64,000 bases of DNA from Callorhinchus milii (taxonomy: Eukaryota): contig NW_024704742.1 of NCBI RefSeq assembly GCF_018977255.1, positions 14,696,001-14,760,000 on the forward strand. Direction: 5' to 3'. Of the stretch, positions 50,511 to 61,285 are shown one piece after another. Position 1 is the first letter of the stretch. The number at the start of each line of letters is the position of its first letter. The position numbers and the translations under genes were made by a program. Under the pieces are notes generated by a model. The model saw nothing but the letters and a program-made list of their open reading frames with translations, ran no database searches and had not been told where the DNA came from.

Positions 50511-50959
50511 AGATAGGACACAACTCTTGCTGTAAAACAAGTTTAACAATTAGAAATCCAATAGTAGAAATAATTCAACGACAACATCTAAATAATTCTA
50601 CACTTCTCTTTTTGTTCTATGTTCACTTACACATTCAACACAGAGTTGTGTTTGGACACTTGTCAGAGACAAAAGGTAAAACCAAGTTTGCTTCAAAATC
50701 AAGGAAATGACTCTACTAAGTTGCTGTTTCTCTACATATAAAATAATACATTTTTTAACAAATCTTTGTGGACAGAATATTTTCCACAGAAGAGGTTAAA
50801 AAGCATATCTGTTGAAAAACAAACCTATGACAATTCTTTATTGATGGACAATGACACGAGAAATGTGGCTAGGATCTTGCACATATTCACTGTATTGAAC
50901 AATCTTAAAGTCATAAGGCGTAGATATTTAACTGTATAGAGAAGTATAAAAAATATTTT

Positions 50960-51715
50960 ACATCTTGAGGATATCTGGAAGTGTTTCACAAGATACACAA
51001 TAAAATGGAGTGACTGTTTTTTGTGGGCAAACATGTCCCACAAACAGTCAAGGAAGTGAATAACATTTGAAGGAATTGTTCTTTTCGAATAGTGAGATGG
51101 GATCTATAACCTCTATCTGAATAGGCAGATGGAGCCCCCGTTGAACATCTCATCCAAAGGACGGTTCCTGACAATGTGGGATATCTCCAGCGCTGCATGG
51201 AGTGTATCAGTTGCAGTTATACAACTATTGTCAATAATATAAAGAGGTTCAGTGGACTTGGAGGAGCAATGTAGTTCAACTTCCAAAACATTCAGTTATG
51301 CAAGGAAAGGCCTGAGAAATTATGGGCAATCTTCACTCACATTCAGTGAAGCTGGACTGAAACATTGCAATCATCCAAACTCAGTTGGCTGCACGAGCCT
51401 GAGGCTCTTTCCATTCTTATGGTTTAAAACTTCACATGTTATAAATAATCTTTGCATTTCATATAGCAGCTTACTGAGTCATTGAATGATCTCACTGTGC
51501 TTCATAGGATTTACTGTAAAGCACGAGTGTGTATATTTTTAGGGGAACATGGCAACCAATTTTTGTATATAGCAAAGCTCCACAAACCATCCAGTGAATG
51601 ACAAGTTTTATTTGTGAGATTGTTGGCCAGGACACTGGAAGAAATGCCTTTCTCTTTTCGAATAGTACCATAGGATCTGTAACATCCACCTGAACAGGAC
51701 ACAGGACCCCAGTTT
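50960..51715 (-). mobile_element. Two older SacSINE1-like fragments (~50960-51205, ~51450-51715)
   Basis: tcttttcgaatagt, ggatct and catctcatccaaaggacgg motifs. Confidence 0.55.
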
Positions 51716-52146
51716 ATAATAAATCATTGTATTCAATATAGTACCTTGCACGTCAGGAGGGAGTCTCAAAACGCTTTACAGGATTTGTGAACTGTTTTAA
51801 TGAAGGATGTCAACCCTCACCTAAAACTGCACTACAATAATCATTACAGTCTAAATAAATCCCCTCTCACAATTGAAACATGGCACATTTGTATACAATG
51901 AACTAGAGATAATTGAAGTGAGCAATAACTGTCTAATTTAGAAGTATTTTGTTAATGAAAATTTAAGGAAGGGAAATTCAAAGGTCTAATAAGCAGTTTC
52001 TTCACTTACTCACTGCTACTGAGCACTGTTGCAATAGCTTCAATTTATTGTCAATCAGGATCCCCAGGTCCTTTTCGATTTCTGTACAGATTTGAAATTA
52101 AATAATAGTCCCTTCCTGGATTTTGCATCCCCATGTGAAACACTGT

Positions 52147-52401
52147 AGGGCGAAACCTTGGGCAAGTTTCCTTACTCCACACACCTAATAATAATCCCTC
52201 CAAAAAAACAAAACAATAATAATAAATTGGTCATTTTCAATCTACGACTGTTTGTGGGACATTGCTGTGCGCAATTGGCTGCCGCGTTCGCCCACAAATA
52301 TACAGTCAATTCACTTTACAGTGTGTTCTGTGAAGCGCTTTGGGACGTTCTCCTGACGTGAAAAGCGCTATATCAAATGCAAGGATTATTATTATTATTA
52401 T
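52147..52401 (+). mobile_element. Deu-SINE, short form, head truncated
   Basis: Match to the SINE consensus; nearly identical to 53281-53524. Confidence 0.88.
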
Positions 52402-53210
52402 TCCCTGTACCACCTTCTGGGTTTTATCGGTCAGCCAATTATGTATCCATTGTAAGACACTTCCTCTGATTCCTGCTTTCTTTATTTTCAGTACCAGCCT
52501 TTCATGAAGAACTGTATCAAAGGCCTTACTGAAATCCAGATATACAACATCCACTGCCTTACCCTTATCAAGCTCCTTTGTCACACCATCAAAGAAAAAC
52601 AGTAAATTAGTTTGATGGGATCTCCCTTTAATAAATCCATATTGGCTAACCTTTCTCATTTTATTATTGTCCAGATGCCCAATGATCTTATTTTTTAATA
52701 AGAATCTCCATAACTTTACCCACAATGGATGTCAAACTCACTGGGCTAGAGTTTTCTGGGTCACTTTTGCTACCTTTTTTAAAAATAGGACAGGATAAAT
52801 AGTAAAGAACATCTGCCTTTCTCCAGCCCCCAGGAACCTCTCCAGTATCCAGTGATTTCTGAAAGATTTGTGACAGAATTCCTGCAATTTCCTCCCTTAG
52901 TTCCTTAAGGATCCTTGGATGCAATTTATCTGGCCTTTGTTTACCTTAAGTTTGTGCAGTTGTTTGGCAACCATGCTGGTAGTGATATGTATAGTGTCAC
53001 AACTTGCCTCTGCAACACTGCTGCGTTCTCTTTCCAGATCCAATAAATTTCCTGTTTCCTCTTTACTAAAAACTGAGGCAAAAATTTATTTTGTACTTCT
53101 GCAGCTTGTGTAACATGATTTGTCATATCCTCACCCGATCCTATCTTCAATGGCCCTATTCCATCCTTCGTTTTTCTTTTTCTCTTAATGTAACTTAATG
53201 TACTTTAACT

Positions 53211-53524
53211 GGAGTCCTGTAGCTCAGTGGTTAGAGCACTCGCTTTGCAAGTGAGAGACCTGAGTTCAATTCCAGGCAGAGGGCGAAACCGTGGGCAAGT
53301 TTCCTTACTCCACACACCTAATAATAATCCCTCCAAAACAAAACAATAATAAATTGGTCATTTTCAATCTACGACTGTTTGTGGGACATTGCTGTGCGCA
53401 ATTGGCTGCCGCGTTCGCCCACAAATATACAGTCAATTCACTTTACAGTGTGTTCTGTGAAGCGCTTTGGGACGTCCTCCCGACGTGAAAAGCGCTATAT
53501 CAAATGCAAGGATTATTATTATTA
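53211..53524 (+). mobile_element. Deu-SINE, short form, full length
   Basis: Head ggagtcctgtagctcagtggttagagc through (TTA)n tail. Confidence 0.9.
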
Positions 53525-53710
53525 TCCTTCACAGATTTTGCCTTTCTTCACATATTTTGCCTTTCTGTTCTAGTTTGTAAACTGGATGAAAACAATTCCA
53601 CATTACAGCAAAGGCCGGTTGTAGTTAGAGCCTTGCCTGGCAAGCGCGAGACCTGGGTTTGATTCCCGACAGGGCAAAATGTTGGGCAAGTTTCCTTACT
53701 CCACATACCT

Positions 53711-54610
53711 CTCTCTCTCGCTCTCACCGCCTCACTCTCGCTCTCACCGCCTCACTCTCGCTCTCACCGCCTCACTCTCGCTCTCACCGCCTCACTCTCG
53801 CTCTCACCGCCTCTCTCTCGCTCTCACCGCCTCACTCTCGCTCTCACCGCCTCTCTCTCGCTCTCACCGCCTCACTCTCGCTCTCACCGCCTCTCTCTCG
53901 CTCTCACCGCCTCTCTCTCGCTCTCACCGCCTCACTCTCGCTCTCACCGCCTCTCTCTCGCTCTCACCGCCTCTCTCTCGCTCTCACCGCCTCACTCTCG
54001 CTCTCACCGCCTCTCTCTCGCTCTCACCGCCTCACTCTCGCTCTCACCGCCTCACTCTCGCTCTCACCGCCTCACTCTCGCTCTCACCGCCTCACTCTCG
54101 CTCTCACCGCCTCTCTCTCGCTCTCACCGCCTCACTCTCGCTCTCACCGCCTCTCTCTCGCTCTCACCGCCTCTCTCTCGCTCTCACCGCCTCACTCTCG
54201 CTCTCACCGCCTCACTCTCGCTCTCACCGCCTCACTCTCGCTCTCACCGCCTCACTCTCGCTCTCACCGCCTCACTCTCGCTCTCACCGCCTCACTCTCG
54301 CTCTCACCGCCTCACTCTCGCTCTCACCGCCTCACTCTCGCTCTCACCGCCTCACTCTCGCTCTCACCGCCTCACTCTCGCTCTCACCGCCTCACTCTCG
54401 CTCTCACCGCCTCACTCTCGCTCTCACCGCCTCTCTCTCGCTCTCACCGCCTCTTTCTCTCACCGCCACTCTCTCGCTCTCACCGCCTCTCTCTCTCGCT
54501 CGCTCTCACCGCCTCTCTCTCTCACCGCCTCTCTCTCTCTCTCTCTCTCTCACCGCCTCTCGCTCTCACCGCCTCTTTTTCTCGCTCTCACCGCCTCTCT
54601 CTCTCTCTCG
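53711..54610. repeat. 20-bp minisatellite (ctctcaccgcctc[a/t]ctctcg)n, ~37 regular units then degenerate CT-rich units
   Basis: Directly visible periodicity; begins where a SINE head fragment (~53615-53710) ends. Confidence 0.97.
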
Positions 54611-55110
54611 GAGGTGGGAGGGGCGGTTGGGGGTGAGGAGGGGGTTTGGGGAGTGAGCTGTGTGGAGTGGGGTTTGGGGTGAGGAGTTGGAGGGGGTTGG
54701 GGGGGTGAGCTGTGTGGAGGGGGTGAGGAGGGGGGGTTGGGGGGTGAGGAGGGGGGTTGGGGGGTGAGGAGGTGGGAGAGGGGGTTGGGGGGTGAGGAGG
54801 AGGGGGGTTGTGGGGGTGAGGAGGAGGGGGGGTGGGGGGGGTGAGCTGTGTGGAGGGGGGTTGGAGGGGGGTTGGGGGGTGAGGAGGAGGGGGGGTGGGG
54901 GGGGGTGAGCTGTGTGGAGGGGGGGTTGGAGGGGGGGTTGGGGGGGTGAGGAGGGGGGGTTGGGGGGTGAGGAGGGGGGGTTGGGGGTGAGGAGGGGGGT
55001 TGGGGGGTGAGGAGGAGGGGGGTTGGGGGGGGTGAGCTGTGTGGAGGGGGGTTGGGGGGTGAGGAGGGGGGGTTGGGAGGGGGGGGGGTGAGCTGTGTGG
55101 AGTGAGGGGG
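54611..55110. repeat. G-rich tandem repeat (GGGGGGTGAGGAGG / GGGGTT / GGTGAGCTGTGTGGA units)
   Basis: Directly visible; dense G-runs. Confidence 0.93.
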
Positions 55111-55210
55111 AACCTACCCGCCAGTCGGGGAGTGGAGCCGAAACCAACTTTCCCCGAGCGCGGTGTCGGGAGGAGGCGGTCCGTGGGTTTCCGGGGTCGG
55201 GGTCGGGCGG

Positions 55211-55423
55211 TCACAGTAGGTAAACGATGGCAAACAGCACCAGGTCGAAGAGCACAAAGAGCCACAAGTCGAACCAGTAGGAATGGACGGCCAGAGCGAG
55301 CGGGCAGTTGGGATGGGGCGGGGCTCCCGGCCGCTCCTGGTGCTGACGCTGGAGCTCGAGCTCGAGCTCTTGCTGCTGCTGTTGCTGGCGGCGCTGCAGC
55401 TTCTCCTGCTCGGGCGGCTCCAT
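55211..55423 (-). CDS. C4orf3: C4orf3 / allregulin (another-regulin, ALN) ortholog, 70-aa tail-anchored SERCA-regulin micropeptide
   Basis: GCCATGG Kozak context; C-terminus HSYWFDLWLFVLFDLVLFAIVYLL resembles recalled human HSYWLDLWLFILFDVVVFLFVYFLP; lies in a CpG island convergent with USP53 as in human. Confidence 0.9.
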   Translation of the reverse strand: MEPPEQEKLQRRQQQQQQELELELQRQHQERPGAPPHPNCPLALAVHSYWFDLWLFVLFDLVLFAIVYLL

Positions 55424-55690
55424 GGCCCTCACACTCACTGTCAGCCTCAGCCTCGCGGACCCCCCGCGCTCACACTCCACGCCCCGCCCCCGCCATAGCG
55501 TCACAATCGGAAGAGCGTCCCGCGCAGCCAATCACAACGCGCAATCCTCGGGTCTCGCGCCTCGCTCGCGGTTGGTGCGGCTTCACGTCAATCACCGCGA
55601 CCGTGGCCTCCGATTGGCTGGTTCTTCTCTGGAGGCGTGGCTGCCGTGACGTGCTCTGGAGCGATGTGCGCAAATTGTGCGGCCTGTTAC
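55424..55690 (-). promoter_or_regulatory. C4orf3 CpG-island promoter / 5' UTR
   Basis: CpG-rich; GC boxes ~55481-55493; CCAAT at 55529 and ATTGG at 55613; TGACGTG motifs at ~55583-55590 (-) and ~55647-55653 (+). Confidence 0.75.
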
Positions 55691-55710
55691 AGCTGTCAAT
55701 AAATCAGCTT

Positions 55711-55890
55711 TAGTACTACAGTAATACTAATAATAGTAATAGTAATAATAATACTACTAATACTAATAATACTATTACTACTACTGCTACTAATACTAAT
55801 AGTACTAATACTACTACTACTAATAATAATACTAATAATACTAATAATACTAATAAAACTAATAGTACTAATACTACTACTAATAATAAT
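55711..55890. repeat. Compound (TAA/TAC/TAG)n microsatellite, the expanded tail of a - strand SINE
   Basis: Contiguous with the SINE tail at 55890. Confidence 0.92.
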
Positions 55891-56568
55891 CCTTGCGTTT
55901 GATATAGCGCTTTCCATGTCCCCAAGACATCTCAAAGCACTTCACAGAATATACCGTAAAGTGAATTGACTGCACCTCCTCCCGCTCTGACCTGCTGCCT
56001 CCCTCCCAACCTGCCCGCTCCCTCCGCTCAGTGGGCTCCGGTCTGCTCCGTGTCTCCCGCCTGACCCGCCCTACCATCGGTGGTCGGGCTTTCAGCCTCT
56101 CTGCCCCCACTCTCTGGAACTCCATCCCTCGGTCCCTTCTCCTCGCTTCCTCTTTTGCCTCCTTCAAGGCTGATCTCAAGACCCTTCTCTTTGATGGTGC
56201 ATCCGTTCGCCCTCCAACCTCCGCCTTCCCTCACCCCACCCCTACACCCCCCCCCTCCCCCCCCCACCCCCCCATGCTCGGGCCCCGACACCTAACTGTT
56301 CAGGGCTTTGGGACGTCCTCCCGATTTGAAAAGCGCTCTATAAATGTCATTTTATTGTTGTATATCTGTGGGCGAAACACAGCAGCCAATTACGCACCGC
56401 AGTGTCCCACAAACAGTCGTGAATTGAAAATGACTAATTTATTATTGCTTTGTTTTGGAGGGATTATTATTAGGCGTGTGGAGTAAGGAAGGTTTCACTC
56501 TGCCTGGAATTGAACCCCGGTCTCTCGCTTGCAAGGCAAGTGCTCTACCCACTGAGCTACAGGATTCC
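55880..56568 (-). mobile_element. Deu-SINE, short form, split by a + strand L2 3' fragment (55973-56360)
   Basis: SINE consensus gtgaattgactg|tatat is split exactly at the insertion; insert translates [32 protein letters not shown]. Confidence 0.9.
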
Positions 56569-57269
56569 ACGAATGGGTGGATGCCTCACTTTTAATTTTT
56601 TAAATTTAAAACCAGCAAAACTTTTTTTTAAAACCTTTTTTTTAAACACGGCTTCAAATGCAGTGACTCTGAATTGGCCACTTTGCTGCAACCCAAAGGA
56701 GGCGATGCATAATATTGAGCTAGTGTTTGGTAGACTTTGGGCTCTTAATCTATTTCAATTCCTGGCAAACCCAGCCCCACACTGTCCCTGCATGAGATCA
56801 GGGCAGATTGCACCACTGCACCCAGATTGTGACATACAGTTCAGGAAGGTGTGACTAAAGGCGGAATGAAAAAAAAACCTTTTGTGCATAAAAACAAATC
56901 AGAGGTTCAGGGAAAAAACAGCGCTCGGGGACGCTACCCCCTATGAAAGGCATCCACCCATTTGTTGTTTTTGTTCGGTAAAACAGACAACAATTTTACA
57001 TTTATTTTGTGAAAGCGGCTTTAGCTGGACACCGCAAAACCCCAGCCGCTGGGTGACTCAAACCAACCACCTGACCCCAATTCATTTATATTCTTACCTG
57101 TTTTTAATCACCTCGGAGCTAATTGGTCCTCTTCCAGTCCAATGGGAATAGCAATGGGAAGGAGAAAGCACCACCCTTGCTCCTCTGCTGGGCGGGAAGA
57201 AATAAGAAAAGTTTGGTTAACCTCAACCTGGACAAAATGTCTGGCCCCGATTTGTCCAGCTTAAGCGGC

Positions 57270-57965
57270 TTCCACTATACAGTGCCATGAAACTATGGAA
57301 CTCTCTGCCTCAATGTCTCCGATTTGCTACCTCACCTTGCTTATCTTCAGATCACACCTGAAGAGCTTCCTCTTCAACCGTGCCTTCAGTCACCTCCCCT
57401 CCCCCCCAGCTCAGCGTCAGGCTCCGCCACTGTTAAGTGCTCAGAGATGCTAGCCCTCATAAAGGATGCTATATAAATGCAAGTTATTGTTGTTCATAGT
57501 GTCTTTCACATCAGGAGAGCTTTTAAAGAGCAAACTGTGAGCCCAAGCTTTTTCACTCAAGAGAGTTTTGGGGATATGGAATAACCTGTAAAGTAAGGTG
57601 AGCAGAGTCCATTGTGGGTTGCAAGAGGGAAGTAGACAGGTTTATGAAAGATAGAGGCTTGAAGAGCAGTGGAATTGAATTATCAGCTTGCTCTGAGAGC
57701 TGGTGTAGATTCAAATTGGCCAAATGGCCTCTTTCTGCACCGTAAATTTCTATGATTCTAGGGGGGCGATGGTGGGTAGCTGATCAAAAGGGCAATTGAA
57801 AAGGTCTTGAAGCAAGCTTTAAAGGTGCGGAAATAAGCAGTGAGGTAGAAGGACTCTGGCATACAGTTCCAGGGAGTGAGGATGCAACTCAGATAGATCA
57901 CCCACTGGTGATGAGGCTGTTTGGGCAGGGGAACATGAAGCAGGCAGATGTTCACTGAGCAGAGT
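57270..57965. mobile_element. Cluster: L2 tail (+, ~57270-57495), CR1 tail (+, ~57535-57760), L2 fragment (-, ~57760-57965)
   Basis: Similarity to other copies in the window. Confidence 0.65.
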
Positions 57966-58869
57966 TAATGGCCACAGTTGCAAGAGGTCAGAGAAGTTAG
58001 GTCATAAATCACGAGATTGCAGACTAACACGTTATTTGCCTATTGTGGAAAATCTTTTGGAAATAACAGATGAAATTGGTGGATTTGGGTTATCATTGGG
58101 TAGATTTTTATTTGAGAACCGTTTATTTAATACAGCTTGATAAACTGGGGATTCAAGTCTTCTATTTTGTCAACAGAGATTGTCTTAGATAAAACGTTTT
58201 TTTTTAAAAAACAGTGAAAGCATTGCTTATTTTAAAGACAAGAGAATCCAACTCTGACTTTACAGGGTTTCAGTGCCCTATTTGTTCTTTCAGATGAACA
58301 AAATATTAGTAATGGTGGCAAAGGTATCAGAGAAAATAAAGGGCGTGCTGGCCACATGGGAGAGGAGCCAGCAATCTTGAAATGTTTCAAAGCTTTCAAT
58401 TAGGATATCAAGACAATAAGTATAGCGTTAAACTCGCATGGGATCTTAAAGCAATCTTGCATTTGATCCATTGCCATCATGCCTTAACACATCAAAACAT
58501 CTCAAAGCATTTTAAAGAGGTTTTTTGTAAAGTCTAATGAGTGTATATTTCTAGGCAAACAAAGCTACCAATGTGTGCAGAACAATATCTCAGAAACACC
58601 ATGACCTTTTTTTTATCTGGGAGATTGTTGGCCAGGACACTAGGATATCCTTTTCATTTCAAGAAGTTAATCTACAAATATACAGTCACAATACACAAAC
58701 ACACAGTAAAATCCTGTGAAGTGCTTTGAAACATCTGGATGGCATGATAAAGCATTATATAAAATCCAAGGGTTGCATGGAAACATGGAATCTCTATTGT
58801 TAACCTGAACGTGCAAACTAGACCTTGTTTTAAAGTTTCATCCAAAGTCAGTACCTCTGACAATGGGTT

Positions 58870-59250
58870 AAGCAGAGAACAGAAATTAAGTTTCTCACAT
58901 TTGAGGGGATTTTGACGAATTAGATTCACCATTGCATGATTAAAATGTATGGACAGTTATGTGTTGATTTGAGTACTGAAAGATGCTGCGTAAATCATAA
59001 AAAGTGAGAAACTGAACTTTAAGATAGGTCTTGCAGCAGCCGGCAGGCGAGAGCTGTTAAAGAAGAGAATACACGAAAGGTTGACAAACTGATTCTCAAA
59101 GATCGATACATCAGTGTGAGGTGAGTGAGTCTTGGTATTGGCATCATGCCCTAGAGATCTATTGGTAACTTTGGTTACTCTAAAGTTTGTACTCTGTGGG
59201 TTGCATAAATGTTAACTGTGCTTCACAAGGAAACCAAAAAGCCATTTGCA
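58870..59250 (+). mobile_element. Fossil mariner (Tc1/mariner) transposase, N-terminal DNA-binding region
   Basis: One frame with several stops: KQRTEIKFLTFEG..IHHCMIKMYGQLCVDLST..ETEL*DRSCSSRQARAVKEENTRKVDKLILKDRYISVR..LGIG..GYSKVCTLWVA*MLT; resembles mariner KQRAVIEFL, RSGRP, DRRITV and GYRKVCARWVPRLLT. Confidence 0.8.
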
Positions 59251-60964
59251 CATCACTTTACCATGACTGCATACTGGCACTGGTTCCACATTGGTGCAAG
59301 TGTGTATACAACAGAATACAAATAACATTTGTATAGTGCCTTTCACTTCGGGTGTAGATCATGATGGTGACTTTGTAGAAAAATAACTGCACTACTGTAT
59401 TTAAAAAAGTTTATTTTGTGTCGATGTTAAGTTTTGTAAGTTATCAATTAAAGAATTTTTGAAGAGATAGAAAGGAGACATTGCCTTTAATGTGTCCCTT
59501 GTATTTAGTTGACTGTAAATTTCTTCTCCTTCTTTTGCTGCTACCAAGCAACAGATTCTATTGTCTTCATTTACACCACTTATAACAGTCAAAAACACAT
59601 GGTGGCTGTGATCTTTGCCATGCTTTTGAGGAGGCGTTGAGTCAAGGTTAAGTGCTTCATTTCATAAAAGGAAGGAAACTTCAGCTAGTCACTCTAGGCC
59701 ACCTCTCACATCTACGTCAATAACTGGATTGGAATAGGATTGGGTTTTAGTACGAGTAGACAATGACAAGATAAAATAACATTAAGAGTAGGAGGTATGA
59801 TAAAGAGGAAAATGTAAATATACTCTGCAAAGTGCTTTTGGGGTGAGGTTGAAATTTGACAGTAGGCAGGAAACTAGGGCCATGGCACTCCCTGATTCAA
59901 AATCTCTAAAATAAGTGAATAGTTGTGGATTGTGTGAAACTAAAACAAGGATTATATATATATATATATAGCACATTGTACTAAAACAAACTTCTTATTT
60001 TGAAAACAATAATGGGTAATAATGGTTAATTATTCCTCATCTGTATTTTTTCTCATTCTTTTTAATTTTTTTGTTCATTATCCGTTTTAACTTCCGTGTT
60101 TTATTGTTACAGTACTCCTTATCTTTTTTCCTGTCAAACAAACATTTCTAAAACGTTCTCCAATTTCTTTTCATCACTGTTTCTCTAACCCTCTCCTGTC
60201 AGGCAAAGGCACGGTTGAATCGCCATGGCAAAGTAAAAGTAGGTCATCAGCACAGCTTTAAACAACGAGGTGCCAAAAAATCCTGACTGTCCAGCGCCCT
60301 GAGATGTCTTTCTGACGTGAAGAGTGCTATACAAGTGCAAGTTGTTGTTGTTGTTGCCAGGGATTGCTGTCTTCATCCCTTTTAACCGCCATCCTCATCA
60401 TCCTCTTCATCTCATGTTCTTCTCATACTACCCTGACTTGTGATGCTTAGGTAATAGTAACATACGGTTGCTGTTGAATTTGAAGTAATAGTCAGTCTGA
60501 CTTAGTTGGTAGTACTCTCGGGGGGTGGGGGAGGGGGGAGGGGGGGAGAAATTTCTTGTTTAATGTCTTGCCTTTGTTGGGTAAACTACAGAAATTACTT
60601 TTGAGTCTTGAGACCTGGTTCCAAGCAGCAAATTGTGTATGACAGCCTAAGTTTGAAGATGAAGAATTCACAGAACGTCTGTTTCAGCTATTTACACTTT
60701 ACTGTCTCGGGTGTGCCAGACCATCAGTCTCCTCCAGGTTAGATAACAGTATTGATGATGCTGACCTTCATGCGACTTGCTTTATGTGAGTGTGACCCTG
60801 AGATTCCAAATAACATACCTAACTCCATTGTGCCAGTGACATGCCTCCAAGAACCGCAGCAACAAAAGTCAAGCTCGCCATCACCTTCTCAGGGTGGAAA
60901 ATTGACTATGTCCCCCAAATATTGAGAATGAATGAAAAAAATCACATCCTGCTTTACAATACAA

Positions 60965-61285
60965 TTTGCATTGACGTGCAGTGTCTTTCAAATCGGGAAG
61001 ATGTCTCAAAGTGCTTTGTATTGCTAGCTGGGCACCTGAGCTAGGGATGGGGGTCAAGGGCGGTGAGGGATGGGAAAGATGATCGAAATAGTGGTCAAAC
61101 AGGTACTTTTTGAAATGTGCCTTGAAAGAGGGGAGGGAGGAAACGAATTGGAGGGATTCCAGGATGGAATTCCAAAGAGCAGAGGCTGAATGGCTGAAAA
61201 CCTGCCCCCTGATGGTGGGCCAGATAGGGTCGGGAACATGAAGCAGTACAGTGATCTCAGAGTGAAGGGAATGTCCGGGTCAGTA
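60965..61285 (-). mobile_element. Old L2 3' fragment
   Basis: ggaattccaaagagcagaggctgaatggctgaaaacctgcccccctgatggtgggc resembles the L2 3' end. Confidence 0.65.

Larger units (their letters stand above)
52030..53580 (-). mobile_element. CR1 LINE ORF2 fragment with two SINE insertions
   Basis: HPRILKELREEIAG..IFQKSLDTGEVP, PVSLTSIVGK, QYGFIKGRS, VDVVYLDFSKAFDTV; IEKDLGILIDNKL at ~52040-52080. Confidence 0.88.

Noticed and set aside
53211..53285. tRNA-like sequences (also at 1816, 6689, 28067 etc.)
   Set aside because: SINE heads that run into the SINE body; no proper acceptor stem or Pol III terminator
53659..54656. Two 325-aa ORFs and a superficially CRISPR-like array
   Set aside because: Translation of a 20-bp tandem repeat; there are no unique spacers and no cas genes
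55424..55531. 36-aa N-terminal extension of the C4orf3 ORF in the ORF track
   Set aside because: Starts at TTG within a CCAAT box; the ATG at 55423 has a strong Kozak context and gives the expected size
55696..55935. Hydrophobic Ile/Ser- and Leu/Val-rich ORFs
   Set aside because: Translations of a trinucleotide microsatellite
59030..59126. Apparent exon ending in GAG|GTGAGT
   Set aside because: Lies within the mariner fossil; no gene context
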